Shown here: one piece after another, positions 18,693 to 28,390 of the stretch | How positions within the stretch are numbered: the stretch's first letter is position 1 | Layout of the letters: every line of letters starts with the position of its first letter | Assembly: GCF_000186885.1 (NCBI RefSeq) | Contig: NC_014972.1 | Span: 510,001-542,000, forward strand | Direction of reading: 5' to 3' | DNA: 32,000 nucleotides | Source: Desulfobulbus propionicus DSM 2032 | Lineage (GTDB): Bacteria; Desulfobacterota; Desulfobulbia; Desulfobulbales; Desulfobulbaceae | Program-made: the position numbers and the translations under genes | The notes under the pieces: model-generated | Seen by the model: only the letters and a program-made list of their open reading frames with translations | The model's database searches: none | Told to the model about the DNA's origin: nothing

Positions 18693-18912
18693 AGTTTTTT
18701 TTCAGATGGAAACGATAACACTTCGAAAAAATAAGGATATTTCATCAGGATACAGCGGAAGGAGGGATCTGTCGTTGTCCGTGGACATTTGCATCGGCCG
18801 CTTCTCTGCCGGAAAAGAGCAGCCTTCGATTATTGAGTCTTCACTCCCCGGCATTGCCGCCGGGGAGTTTGCCCTGCTTCAGGGGAGCTGACGCCACCAA
18901 TCGGACGACGTT

Positions 18913-19842
18913 TCAAGGTCGGCGCAGCAGCAGTGCCACCCATTCATCCTGGTAGCGGCGATCAAGCGATGCACAGCCAAGGTTGCCATAGACCCCGAGG
19001 ATATTGGCCTCCTGCCCGCCGCGAAGAATGCCGGCCAACACCAAGTGGCCGCCGGCAGCGGTCAGGGCGGCTAGTGCCGGTGCCATGTCCACCAGCACGT
19101 CGTGGACGATGTTGGCGCAGACCAGGGGAAAGCTGCCCTGAATCTGTGTCACCGGTGTGGCGCTGACCTCGATCCGCCCCGCGAGTCCATTCTTTTCGAT
19201 GTTTTCTCGCGCCACGGCCACCGCATCCGGATCGTTGTCGATGGCGATCACTCGCTTGGCGCCGAACCGAGTTGCCGCCATGGCCAGGATGCCGGTGCCG
19301 GTGCCCACGTCCAGGGCCTCTTGCGGCTGAATCGACTCCATGCTGCCTTTGATCAATTCAAGCGCCATCCGGGTCGAGGCATGCTGACCGGTGCCGAAGG
19401 CCATGCCCGGATCCATTTCGATCACCTGTTGTCCGGGGGCAGGTTGATACGCCTCCCAGGAAGGCTTGATCACCAAGCCGGAGACGATCTCGAAGGGTTT
19501 GAAATATTGCTGCCAGCTGGTGGCCCAGTCCTCGTCGGCCAGCAGGGTGGTGGTCGGCGTTTGCGGGACGAGGTTGTAAAGGGCAAAGAGTTCGGTCATC
19601 CGTTCGGTGACCTCGGTCAGGATCTGTTCAGCACTGTGCGAAGGACGCCCCGCATCGTCGGCGGTCAGACGGAAAAAACCGCTGACCAGGGCGCCGGCAT
19701 CGGTTTCCGGACTCTGTTCCACCCCGGAGCCGCTGAGCACGCCCATGAGATCGCTGACCGGTTCCAGTAGGGGAAGGGGGCAAAAGAGGGAGATTTTCAG
19801 CCATTGGCCGGTGGGGGCATGGGAGGTAGTGAGGTTGGTCAT
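18913..19842 (-). CDS. prmA: Ribosomal protein L11 methyltransferase
   Basis: 309 aa. SAM-binding motif LDVGTGTGILAMAATRFGAKRVIAIDNDPDAV and PrmA-type N-domain. Confidence 0.92.
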   Translation of the reverse strand: MTNLTTSHAPTGQWLKISLFCPLPLLEPVSDLMGVLSGSGVEQSPETDAGALVSGFFRLTADDAGRPSHSAEQILTEVTERMTELFALYNLVPQTPTTTLLADEDWATSWQQYFKPFEIVSGLVIKPSWEAYQPAPGQQVIEMDPGMAFGTGQHASTRMALELIKGSMESIQPQEALDVGTGTGILAMAATRFGAKRVIAIDNDPDAVAVARENIEKNGLAGRIEVSATPVTQIQGSFPLVCANIVHDVLVDMAPALAALTAAGGHLVLAGILRGGQEANILGVYGNLGCASLDRRYQDEWVALLLRRP

Positions 19843-20161
19843 CGACGGTCACTGAAGGGAGTTGGTGGATGGGTGATTGGATGCCGCGCCGGCTTGCGTG
19901 GCACCCGGACAGTTCACCGATCATACACGCAGCGGGCGAATGGGGCGAGCCTTTCTCTCCGGCAGCCGGGCGACGGTTAAAATTGAGGATTGACAAAAAC
20001 ATCGTTAAACGATTACTTACATCGATTGTCGCTGGTCACGGAATCGCCACATGCGGAGTTGCGGCCGACAGCTGGAAAGTCAATGCCGACAACAGCTCCG
20101 GCCGATGCGCGCCATAACGCCGTTTCCCTCCCGTTTGTTCATCTTTTTTTCAGGATGCGCC

Positions 20162-20779
20162 ATGATCGATACCTCGGGACACCATATCGTGTACGGTGAA
20201 TTGCGGGATTACCTCACCGGCCACGTGCTGCCGGACACCGACGACGAACGGGTACGCCAAGCCCTGGCTCGCCGGCTGGTGGAGCAGCTCGGCTATGCCA
20301 GGGAAGAGTTGGAGCCGCGACTGACCATCGATTCCTGCTACAACAACATCCGGGTGCAGACCCTGATCGAACTGACCGCGCGCATTGCGGGCAGGCGGCT
20401 GTTCATCCTCCGTTACGGCCCCGGTTCCCTGGTGACCCGCGAGAACGCGGCGGTCGCGGCTGCCCGCGTGCTGGAACCGGCCTACCGTATTCCGCTGGCC
20501 ATCGTCACCAACGGCCGCGATGCGGAACTGTTGGAAACCGCGCGGGGCAAGGTGCTGGCTACCGGCATGGACTGCATCCCCGACCGGGCCCGCGCCGGAG
20601 AGCTGGTGCGGGAATGCGTTTTCGAGCCGTTCGCCGATGCGGAAAAGCGCGATCAGGCGTTGCGCATTCTCAATGTTTTTGATGTGGAGGTCTGCTGCTT
20701 TGGCAGCAGCTGCCGGCCACAGCCGCATGACCCATCTGATCACGCCGCGCCGCCGGGCGCGGTCGATCATCTTCAGTGA
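20162..20779 (+). CDS. Small HsdR_N-like (type I restriction enzyme R N-terminal domain family) protein of unknown function
   Basis: Trimmed to ATG 20162 (an in-frame ATG at 20105 is an alternative). 205 aa with high GC3. The pattern GELRDYLTG..LPDTDDERVRQALARRLVEQLGY...ILRYGPGSL...IPLAIVTNG matches my recollection of the HSDR_N_2-type stand-alone proteins. Family assignment is from memory, not a search. Confidence 0.6.
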   Translation: MIDTSGHHIVYGELRDYLTGHVLPDTDDERVRQALARRLVEQLGYAREELEPRLTIDSCYNNIRVQTLIELTARIAGRRLFILRYGPGSLVTRENAAVAAARVLEPAYRIPLAIVTNGRDAELLETARGKVLATGMDCIPDRARAGELVRECVFEPFADAEKRDQALRILNVFDVEVCCFGSSCRPQPHDPSDHAAPPGAVDHLQ

Positions 20780-20801
20780 ACCTCTAACTGACACGACGAC
20801 C

Positions 20802-22148
20802 ATGGAGAAGACACGCAACTGGAACAAGACAAACTGGCACCATTTCCCCGCCCTGCAGCAACCCAACTGGCCGGACAAGGAACGCTACGACGAGATCATT
20901 CAGACCCTTTCCTTGTTGCCGCCGTTGGTTTTTGCGGGCGAAATCAGGGATCTGAAAGCCATGCTCGCCAAAGCGGTCCGAGGCGAGGCCTTTCTTCTCC
21001 AGGGCGGCGACTGTTCCGAGGAATTTTCCCGCTGCACCGCGCCCAACATCCGCGAAACCCTCAAGGTGCTGCTGCAGATGGCGGTCATTCTCACCTATGC
21101 CGGCAACAAGCCGGTGGTTAAGGTGGGCCGCATTGCCGGCCAGTATGCTAAACCGCGTTCCAGCGACACCGAAAAAATTAACGGGATGGAGATTCCCAGC
21201 TACCGAGGCGACATGGCCAACTCCGCCGATCCGGTGCTGGAGGCGCGCATCCCCGATCCGGAGCGCCTGCTCAAGGGCTACCACCTGTCGGCGGCGACCA
21301 TGAACCTGCTGCGCGCCTTCACCCGTGGCGGTTTCGGCTCCCTGCACCGGGTCCAGGCCTGGAACCAGGAGTTCGTCAAGCAATCGCCCATGGGGCGGTC
21401 CTACGAGCGCATGGCCAAGCAGATCAGCAACGCGCTCAAATTCATGGAGACCATCGGCATTTCCACCGATATCCCGCAGCTCAAGGAGGCTCAGTTCTTC
21501 ACCTCCCACGAAGCCCTGTTCCTTGGCTACGAAGAGGCCCTGACCCGCGAGGACTCGATTGCCGGCGGCTGGTACGACTGCTCGGCCCACATGCTGTGGA
21601 TCGGCGATCGCACCCGGCAGCTCGACGGCGCCCATGTCGAGTTCCTCCGCGGCGTGCGCAATCCGCTGGGCATGAAGGTGGGGCCCAATTACGACAGCGA
21701 CGACATACTCCGCATCATCGAGCGGCTCAACCCGGACAACGAACCGGGGCGGATCACCCTGATCACCCGTTTCGGTTTCAAGGCCATCGAAAAGCATCTG
21801 CCGCCGTTGCTGCGGGCGGTCAAGAAGGCCGGACTGCACGTGCTGTGGACCTGCGATCCGATGCACGCCAACACCTTCAAGGCTGAATCGGGACACAAAA
21901 CCAGGGATTTCGAGAATATTCTCTCCGAGCTGCGCTGCTTCTTCGAGCTGAATTGGGTGGAAGGAACGGTCCCCGGCGGGGTCCATTTCGAGTTGACCGG
22001 TGACGATGTCACCGAATGTATCGGCGGTGCGCGTCAATTGTCCGACGCCCAACTGGGCCAGCGGTATCTGACCACCTGCGATCCACGGCTCAATGCCGAG
22101 CAATCGCTGGAGATGGCATTTCAAATCGCGGAGATGATCCGCAGCTGA
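20802..22148 (+). CDS. 3-deoxy-7-phosphoheptulonate (DAHP) synthase, class II
   Basis: Track ORF starts at 20520 but overlaps the previous gene in another frame. ATG 20802 gives 448 aa starting MEKTRNWNKTNWHHFPALQQPNWPD, followed by LLQGGDCSE and other class II DAHPS blocks. Confidence 0.93.
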   Translation: MEKTRNWNKTNWHHFPALQQPNWPDKERYDEIIQTLSLLPPLVFAGEIRDLKAMLAKAVRGEAFLLQGGDCSEEFSRCTAPNIRETLKVLLQMAVILTYAGNKPVVKVGRIAGQYAKPRSSDTEKINGMEIPSYRGDMANSADPVLEARIPDPERLLKGYHLSAATMNLLRAFTRGGFGSLHRVQAWNQEFVKQSPMGRSYERMAKQISNALKFMETIGISTDIPQLKEAQFFTSHEALFLGYEEALTREDSIAGGWYDCSAHMLWIGDRTRQLDGAHVEFLRGVRNPLGMKVGPNYDSDDILRIIERLNPDNEPGRITLITRFGFKAIEKHLPPLLRAVKKAGLHVLWTCDPMHANTFKAESGHKTRDFENILSELRCFFELNWVEGTVPGGVHFELTGDDVTECIGGARQLSDAQLGQRYLTTCDPRLNAEQSLEMAFQIAEMIRS

Positions 22149-22189
22149 GACGGTAGGGATGAACCCGGTCCGGGGGCGGCCTGCGGCAC

Positions 22190-22648
22190 TCAGGCCGTGC
22201 CCGGATCGGCGGCAAACAGGGCGGCGATCTCCTCGCGGGAGGTGAATTCCAGCAGTTGCTGGCGGTTGGCGTCTTGTTTGAGAATCTTGCTGACCCGGGC
22301 CAGGGTGTGGAGGTACTCTCCCCCCTTGCTCGCCGGAGACAGCAACAGCACGAAGAGGTAGACCGAACGGTTGTCGATGGCGTCGAAGTTGATGCCCGCC
22401 TTGCTGCGGCCAAAGCACAGCAGGATCTCGTCCAATCCTTCGATCTTGCCGTGAGGGACGGCCACGCCGTTGCCCACGCCGGTGGAACCCACGGATTCAC
22501 GTTCAAGCAGGACCTTGTAGAGCACCTCTTCGGTGAAGCGGCCGCACTGGGTCGCGGCCAGGCCGGCCAGTTCCCGCAGCGCTCCCTCCTTGGTGGCGGC
22601 CTTCATGTCGAGAATGATTGCGTCTTTGTCTAACCCGGGCACGAGCAC
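22190..22648 (-). CDS. ptsN: PTS IIA-Ntr-like nitrogen regulatory protein
   Basis: 152 aa with a GTG start (AGAGG just upstream). Phosphorylation-site context GVGNGVAVPHGK. Lies 12 nt downstream of rpoN. Confidence 0.88.
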   Translation of the reverse strand: MLVPGLDKDAIILDMKAATKEGALRELAGLAATQCGRFTEEVLYKVLLERESVGSTGVGNGVAVPHGKIEGLDEILLCFGRSKAGINFDAIDNRSVYLFVLLLSPASKGGEYLHTLARVSKILKQDANRQQLLEFTSREEIAALFAADPGTA

Positions 22649-22660
22649 CGCCTCTTTTGG

Positions 22661-24112
22661 CTAATTGGTTTTCCGGCGGTGCTTGACCGGAAGAATCTTG
22701 AGTTGTTCTCGGTACTTGGCTACGGTGCGACGGGCAACGGTGATGTTCTCCTTGGCCAGCAGTTCGGAAATCTTGTTGTCGCTCAGCGGCTTGGCCGGAT
22801 TTTCGTTGGTGATCAACTGGCGAATTCGGGTCTTGATGGCCTCGGCGGCCACGCTGTCGCCATCGGCGTTGGGCACGGCGGTGCTGAAAAAATACTTCAG
22901 CTCATAGATGCCCTGGGGACAATGAACATACTTGTTCGAGGTCACCCGGCTGACGGTCGATTCGTGCATGCCGATATCCTCGGCCACATCCCGCAGGATC
23001 AGGGGCTTCATCGCCGCTGGCCCGTCCTCAAAAAAATCCCGCTGAAACTTGAGCAGGCTCTCCATGACCCGGTAGATGGTCCGCTGTCGCTGTTCGATCG
23101 ATTTAATGAACCATTCGGCGTTGCGCTTGCTTTCTCGCAGGTAGCCGCGCGACTCGGAGTTGAGTGCGTTCTTCTGCTTGAGCAGCTGCTGGTATTCGCT
23201 GGAGAGCTGGAGCTGCGGCAACCCCTCGTCGTTGAGCTGGATGACAAACTCGCCGTCGATCTTGTAGACGTAGACGTCCGGCGCGATGTAGTTGGTTTGC
23301 TCGTTGCTGAACTCGTTGCCGGGATAGGGGGTCAATTCCTGGATCACGGCCACCGCTTCGGTGATTTTTTTCAGCGGCACGCCGAGTTCTCTTGCCAACT
23401 GCGCGTAGTTGCGCGACTCTAACAGATCCATGTGCTGCTCGACGATCTGGGAGGGCAGAGGATCATCGGCGTCGAGCCGATCGAGCTGCAGAAGCAGGGA
23501 TTCGCGGATGTCGCGGGCGGCGATGCCCGGTGGATCGAGGCTCTGTACCAGCCGCAGCACTCCCTCGGCTTCCTCCTCGGTACAGTGGCCGTAGGCGCAG
23601 ATATCCTCGATGCTGGCATCGAGAAAACCGTGGCCATCGAGGTTGCAGACGATGAACGTGGCCAGGTCGGCGTCTTGCTCGCTGAGGTCGAGATGGGTCA
23701 GCTGCCATTGGAGGTAGGACGCCAGGCCGGGAACAGCGGAAATGAAGTCGAATTGGGAGGGGGCGTCGGCCGGCGGTGTTTCGTGGGAAAAGGCGATGTC
23801 GGTGTCGAAATTGTTGGCGTAATCCTCCCAGTTGACCTCGGCCACGGTGGCCGGATCGTCGCCCTTGATCCGGTCGGTGACGGTGGCTTCGGCCTGGTAG
23901 GCATTCTCCTCCCCGTTGAGGGATTCGGGATTGGCCGGTTGTTCGAGCAGGGAGGGGGCCTCCTCCAGCATGGGATTCTGCTCGATTTCCGCTTGCAGGG
24001 CCTCGGTCAGCTCAAGACGACCGAGCTGCAACAGTTTGATGGCCTGGCGCAACTGCGGCGTCATCACCAGTTTCTGTGCGAGCTTCAGGTTCTGTCTGAG
24101 TTCAAGTGCCAT
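22661..24112 (-). CDS. rpoN: RNA polymerase sigma-54 factor
   Basis: 483 aa. N-terminal region I (LELRQNLKLAQKLVMTPQLRQAIKLLQL) and C-terminal RpoN box (ARRTVAKYRE). Confidence 0.97.
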   Translation of the reverse strand: MALELRQNLKLAQKLVMTPQLRQAIKLLQLGRLELTEALQAEIEQNPMLEEAPSLLEQPANPESLNGEENAYQAEATVTDRIKGDDPATVAEVNWEDYANNFDTDIAFSHETPPADAPSQFDFISAVPGLASYLQWQLTHLDLSEQDADLATFIVCNLDGHGFLDASIEDICAYGHCTEEEAEGVLRLVQSLDPPGIAARDIRESLLLQLDRLDADDPLPSQIVEQHMDLLESRNYAQLARELGVPLKKITEAVAVIQELTPYPGNEFSNEQTNYIAPDVYVYKIDGEFVIQLNDEGLPQLQLSSEYQQLLKQKNALNSESRGYLRESKRNAEWFIKSIEQRQRTIYRVMESLLKFQRDFFEDGPAAMKPLILRDVAEDIGMHESTVSRVTSNKYVHCPQGIYELKYFFSTAVPNADGDSVAAEAIKTRIRQLITNENPAKPLSDNKISELLAKENITVARRTVAKYREQLKILPVKHRRKTN

Positions 24113-24175
24113 ACCGTATCATGTCTGCCGCAGAGGTTTGAGGTCGTCCATGGAGAGGAAAGGAGCCGGATGCCG

Positions 24176-24903
<728 letters not shown>

Positions 24904-24907
<4 letters not shown>

Positions 24908-25461
24908 GGTTTTTTCTTCGATTCCGGGTGAATAACCGCCTTGACCCTGCCTTTGGATTTTTCGTCCTGTTCCACGACCGACCGCTTTTCATTCAGGTAA
25001 TAGGTGATCGTCTTGCCGGCCACCATGTTTGGTCCCTGCCAGGCCTTGGCATTGCCGGTGAGCACGACCTTGCGTTCCTTGGCAAAGTAATCCATGCGGT
25101 CGCCGGTACCCAGCCAATCGCCCTCGCTGATCTTGACATTCTGTTTGCAGATCAGTTTTTCCAACTGGCTGGTGTTCTGGTTGCCCGGCCCGGGCGTCGA
25201 CGGCTGCCCGTCTTTATTCGCTGGTTTTTCACTGTAGAAAACCGTCATTTCCTCGGAACGGATGATCAGGTTGCCCTGGCGGGCATCGACCTTGCCCAGG
25301 AAGACGACCGTGTTTTGATTTTCCTGTGAAACCATGCGATTGGCCTCGATGCTGATCGGTTGGTCAGCATCTTCCACCCCTTGGCAGGGTGCGGCGAGGG
25401 CAAGCAGGAGGATCAGGGTCAGATGGATGATTGGTTTGCTGACAGCAGGCAAAGGCCCCAT
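24904..25461 (-). CDS. lptA: LptA/OstA-family periplasmic LPS transport protein
   Basis: Track start 25524 is TTG. ATG 25461 has AGAGGA 7 nt upstream and yields a signal peptide (MGPLPAVSKPIIHLTLILLLALAAPCQG) followed by an OstA-like beta-jellyroll sequence (PISIEANRM...VFLGKV...). Confidence 0.8.
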
Positions 25462-25613
25462 GAGCGTATCCTCTGGAGTGCGGGAGAAAAAAGGGCGATA
25501 CTGTTTTGGGTTTGGTTTTTGCAAGAACCGGGGGATATTACTTTGTAATCGGACAAATGTAAAGGGGGAGGAGGCGCGCCGTTCCTCCTTTTTCTTTGGC
25601 CGGCATTGAAGGG

Positions 25614-25642
25614 TTTACAGGGGGGGGCGGCAGAGGTAAAAT
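25614..25642 (+). promoter_or_regulatory. Sigma70-like promoter candidate for the arg operon (TTTACA-N17-TAAAAT)
   Basis: -35 TTTACA is at 25614-25619, the spacer is 17 nt (it contains a G8 run at 25620-25627), and -10 TAAAAT is at 25637-25642, about 50 nt upstream of the argB ATG. Motif match only. Confidence 0.45.
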
Positions 25643-25691
25643 GATCGACTTTCAATGAGCGCACGGGGTTGTGCGGGACGGGAGGAAACAG

Positions 25692-26579
25692 ATGATACGA
25701 GAAGAAATCGCCAAGGCCAAGGTATTGGTCGAGTCGTTGCCTTATATCAGCGAATTTCGAGAGAAAACCGTGGTGATCAAGTACGGCGGCCATGCAATGG
25801 TCGACGAGACTCTCAAGCGCAACTTTGCCTTGGATGTGATCTTGATGAAATACATCGGCATCAATCCGGTGATCGTCCACGGCGGCGGACCGCAGATCAA
25901 CCGATTCCTGGAGAAGATGCGGATCACCCCGAGTTATGTTCAGGGGATGCGGGTCACCGACGGCGAAACCATGGATGTGGTCGAAATGGTGCTGGTGGGC
26001 AAGGTCAACAAAGAGATCGTCGGCCTGATCAACCACTGCGGCGGTAAGGCGGTGGGGCTGTCCGGCCGGGACGGCGACCTGGTTCAGGCCCGCAAGCTGA
26101 CCATCCAGGGCAAGCCGGCCGGAGAGGATCGGCCCCCGGAACTGATCGACATCGGCCGGGTCGGAGAAGTCACCCGAATCAACCCCGAGATCCTCGAGGC
26201 CCTCGACCGGCAGGATTTCATTCCGGTGATCGCCCCGGTGGGGGTGGGCGAGGACGGGCAGGCATTCAATATTAACGCCGACCTGGTGGCCGGGGCCATT
26301 GCCGCCGAACTGAACGCGGTCAAGCTGATGCTGCTCACCGATGTTGAAGGGGTGAAAAATCAGAACGGCGAGCTGATCTCCACCATCTACCGCGACCAGA
26401 TCGACGACCTGATCAATGCAGGAGTGATCAAGGGGGGGATGATCCCCAAGGTCAACTGCTGCAAATCGGCGCTCGATGGCGGCGTGGCCAAGGCGCATAT
26501 CATCGACGGCCGGCAGGAACACGCCATTTTGCTGGAAATTTTCACACGAAAAGGGATTGGAACGGAGTTGGTGGCATGA
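25692..26579 (+). CDS. argB: Acetylglutamate kinase
   Basis: Trimmed to ATG 25692 (GGAGGA at 25681-25686). 295 aa; [18 protein letters not shown] and other ArgB blocks. Confidence 0.95.
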   Translation: MIREEIAKAKVLVESLPYISEFREKTVVIKYGGHAMVDETLKRNFALDVILMKYIGINPVIVHGGGPQINRFLEKMRITPSYVQGMRVTDGETMDVVEMVLVGKVNKEIVGLINHCGGKAVGLSGRDGDLVQARKLTIQGKPAGEDRPPELIDIGRVGEVTRINPEILEALDRQDFIPVIAPVGVGEDGQAFNINADLVAGAIAAELNAVKLMLLTDVEGVKNQNGELISTIYRDQIDDLINAGVIKGGMIPKVNCCKSALDGGVAKAHIIDGRQEHAILLEIFTRKGIGTELVA

Positions 26580-27772
26580 GCAACGAACAGTGGGCGGCCC
26601 GGGGCAACGCGGTGTTTATTGGAACCTACAACCGATTTCCGGCGGCCATGGTCAAGGGCAGCGGCTGTCGGTTGTGGGATGCGGATGGCAAGGAGTACCT
26701 CGACTTTCTTGCCGGCATAGCGGTGTGTTCGCTGGGACACTGTCATCCCCGCGTTACCGAGGCCATCTGTCGCCAGGCGGCCTCGCTGGTGCATGTGTCC
26801 AACCTTTTCCACACCCAGCCGCAGATCGAATTGGCTGAACTGTTGGTGGCCAACAGTTTTGCCGACCGGGTGTTCATGGGCAACAGCGGCGCCGAGGCCA
26901 ACGAGGCGGCGATCAAGCTGGCCCGGATTTATAGCGGACCGGGCAAGTATGAGATTATCTCGCTCGCCGGTTCCTTCCACGGCCGCACCCTGGCCACGGT
27001 GGCCGCCACCGGCCAACCCAAGTTCCACCAGGGTTTCGAGCCCCTGCCGCAAGGGTTTATCCACGCCGAATTCGGCGATCCGCAGACGCTTGAAGGGCTG
27101 ATCACTCCGCAGACCTGCGCCATCCTGTGCGAGCCGTTGCAGGGCGAGAGCGGTGTCCGGCCCCTGGAGCCCGAATACCTGCAGGCGATCCGGACCATCT
27201 GTGACCGGCATGGGTTGTTGCTCATTTTCGACGAAGTCCAGACCGGGCTTGGCCGGACCGGTACCCTGTTTGCCCACCAGCAGCTGGGCGTCACCCCGGA
27301 CATCATGACCCTGGCCAAGGCCCTGGGCAACGGCTTGCCCATCGGCGCCATGCTGACCACCGAGAAGATCGCCGCCTCCTTGACCGTGGGCACGCATGCC
27401 TCGACCTTCGGCGGCAATCCGGTGGCTGCGGCGGCAGCGGTCGAGGTGCTCAAGGTCATGCTCGGCGACGGATTTCTTGCCTCGGTACAGGCGAGAAGCC
27501 GCTATTTTGTCGAACGGCTCCAGGGGGTGGCCGAACGGTATCCGCATCTGGCCACCGGCGTGCGCGGCCGGGGGTTGCTGCTCGGGCTGGTGCTGAGCGA
27601 GCGGGGCATCGAGCTGGGAATGGAGATCGTCCAACAGATGTTTGCCCAAGGCGCGCTGATCAACTTTGCCGGCAACCGGGTGTTGCGCTTTGTGCCGCCG
27701 CTGATCGTCAGTAACGAGGAAATCGACCAGCTGATCGACGCGCTCTGCCGAGTGTTTGACCGCTTGGCCTGA
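26576..27772 (+). CDS. argD: Acetylornithine aminotransferase
   Basis: 398 aa class III PLP aminotransferase ([23 protein letters not shown]). The ATG overlaps the argB stop (ATGA). Confidence 0.92.
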   Translation: MSNEQWAARGNAVFIGTYNRFPAAMVKGSGCRLWDADGKEYLDFLAGIAVCSLGHCHPRVTEAICRQAASLVHVSNLFHTQPQIELAELLVANSFADRVFMGNSGAEANEAAIKLARIYSGPGKYEIISLAGSFHGRTLATVAATGQPKFHQGFEPLPQGFIHAEFGDPQTLEGLITPQTCAILCEPLQGESGVRPLEPEYLQAIRTICDRHGLLLIFDEVQTGLGRTGTLFAHQQLGVTPDIMTLAKALGNGLPIGAMLTTEKIAASLTVGTHASTFGGNPVAAAAAVEVLKVMLGDGFLASVQARSRYFVERLQGVAERYPHLATGVRGRGLLLGLVLSERGIELGMEIVQQMFAQGALINFAGNRVLRFVPPLIVSNEEIDQLIDALCRVFDRLA

Positions 27773-27802
27773 GCCGGTTTCCCGCCGCTGATCGCGCTGC
27801 TC

Positions 27803-28390
27803 GTGGATAGTCTGTCCTTGATGGCTGTCGCCGTGGCTCTGGCCATGGATGCCTTTGCCGTGGCCCTGGCCGCCGGGGCCATCCTTCAGCCGTTGACCTT
27901 CCGGCCCTGTTTCCGTTTGGCCTTCCACTTCGGTCTATTTCAAGCGATGATGCCGGTGATCGGTTGGCTGGCCGGCCTCACGGTGCAGTCCTTTGTTGCC
28001 GCCTGGAGCCACTGGATCGCCTTTGCCCTGTTGCTGTATATCGGCGGGCGGATGATCCATGAAGCGCTGGGGGCCGGAGAGGGGACGGAGCGAACCAACG
28101 ATCCCAGCCGGGGCCTGACCATGGTGGCCCTATCCGTGGCCACCAGCATTGATGCCCTGGCCGTGGGGCTGACCCTGGCCATGCTCGATGTGGTTATCTG
28201 GATTCCATCGCTGGTGATCGGTCTGGTGGCCTGTGCGTTCACGGTCATGGGGCTGTTTCTCGGCACCCGGGCCGGCGCCCTGTGGGGCAAGCGGGTCGAG
28301 GTGGCCGGCGGGGTCATCCTGGTGGCCATCGGCGTGAAAATTCTCCTTTCAGCCCTGTTTCTCGACAAGGCGGTCGCTGGTCTCCTCTAA
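27803..28390 (+). CDS. mntP: Manganese efflux pump MntP family protein
   Basis: 195 aa with a GTG start (ATG 27821 is the alternative). Duplicated DUF204 halves with the AMDAF and SIDAL motifs. Lies 30 nt after argD. Confidence 0.88.
   Translation: MDSLSLMAVAVALAMDAFAVALAAGAILQPLTFRPCFRLAFHFGLFQAMMPVIGWLAGLTVQSFVAAWSHWIAFALLLYIGGRMIHEALGAGEGTERTNDPSRGLTMVALSVATSIDALAVGLTLAMLDVVIWIPSLVIGLVACAFTVMGLFLGTRAGALWGKRVEVAGGVILVAIGVKILLSALFLDKAVAGLL

Noticed and set aside
19895-19912. Perfect TGGCAC -24 hexamer upstream of the HsdR_N-like gene (+ strand)
   Set aside because: The -12 position reads CAGT instead of TTGC, so the conserved GC dinucleotide is missing.
20520-20801. N-terminal extension of DAHP synthase (542-aa ORF), and the extension of the HsdR_N-like ORF to 20051
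   Set aside because: The DAHPS extension overlaps the upstream gene in another frame and is R/A/W/C-rich nonsense. The class II DAHPS N-terminus begins at MEKTRNW. The 20051 extension has no SD and reads like translated non-coding sequence.
20784-22418. 544-aa - strand ORF covering DAHP synthase and part of ptsN
   Set aside because: It is antisense to class II DAHPS and out of frame with ptsN. No recognisable domain.
27773-27802. Expected yybP-ykoY Mn riboswitch upstream of mntP
   Set aside because: Only 30 nt separate argD from mntP, far too short for the roughly 100-nt or longer riboswitch, and no matching helices are seen.
25419-27928. Long - strand ORFs 25419-26522 and 26387-27928 across argB/argD
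   Set aside because: They are antisense to ArgB and ArgD, which are unambiguous. Their D/H/G/R/Q-rich translations are shadow ORFs. The same applies to 13135-14241 (+), 17685-18734 (+), 29597-30394 (-), 30658-31263 (-) and 31390-31992 (-).
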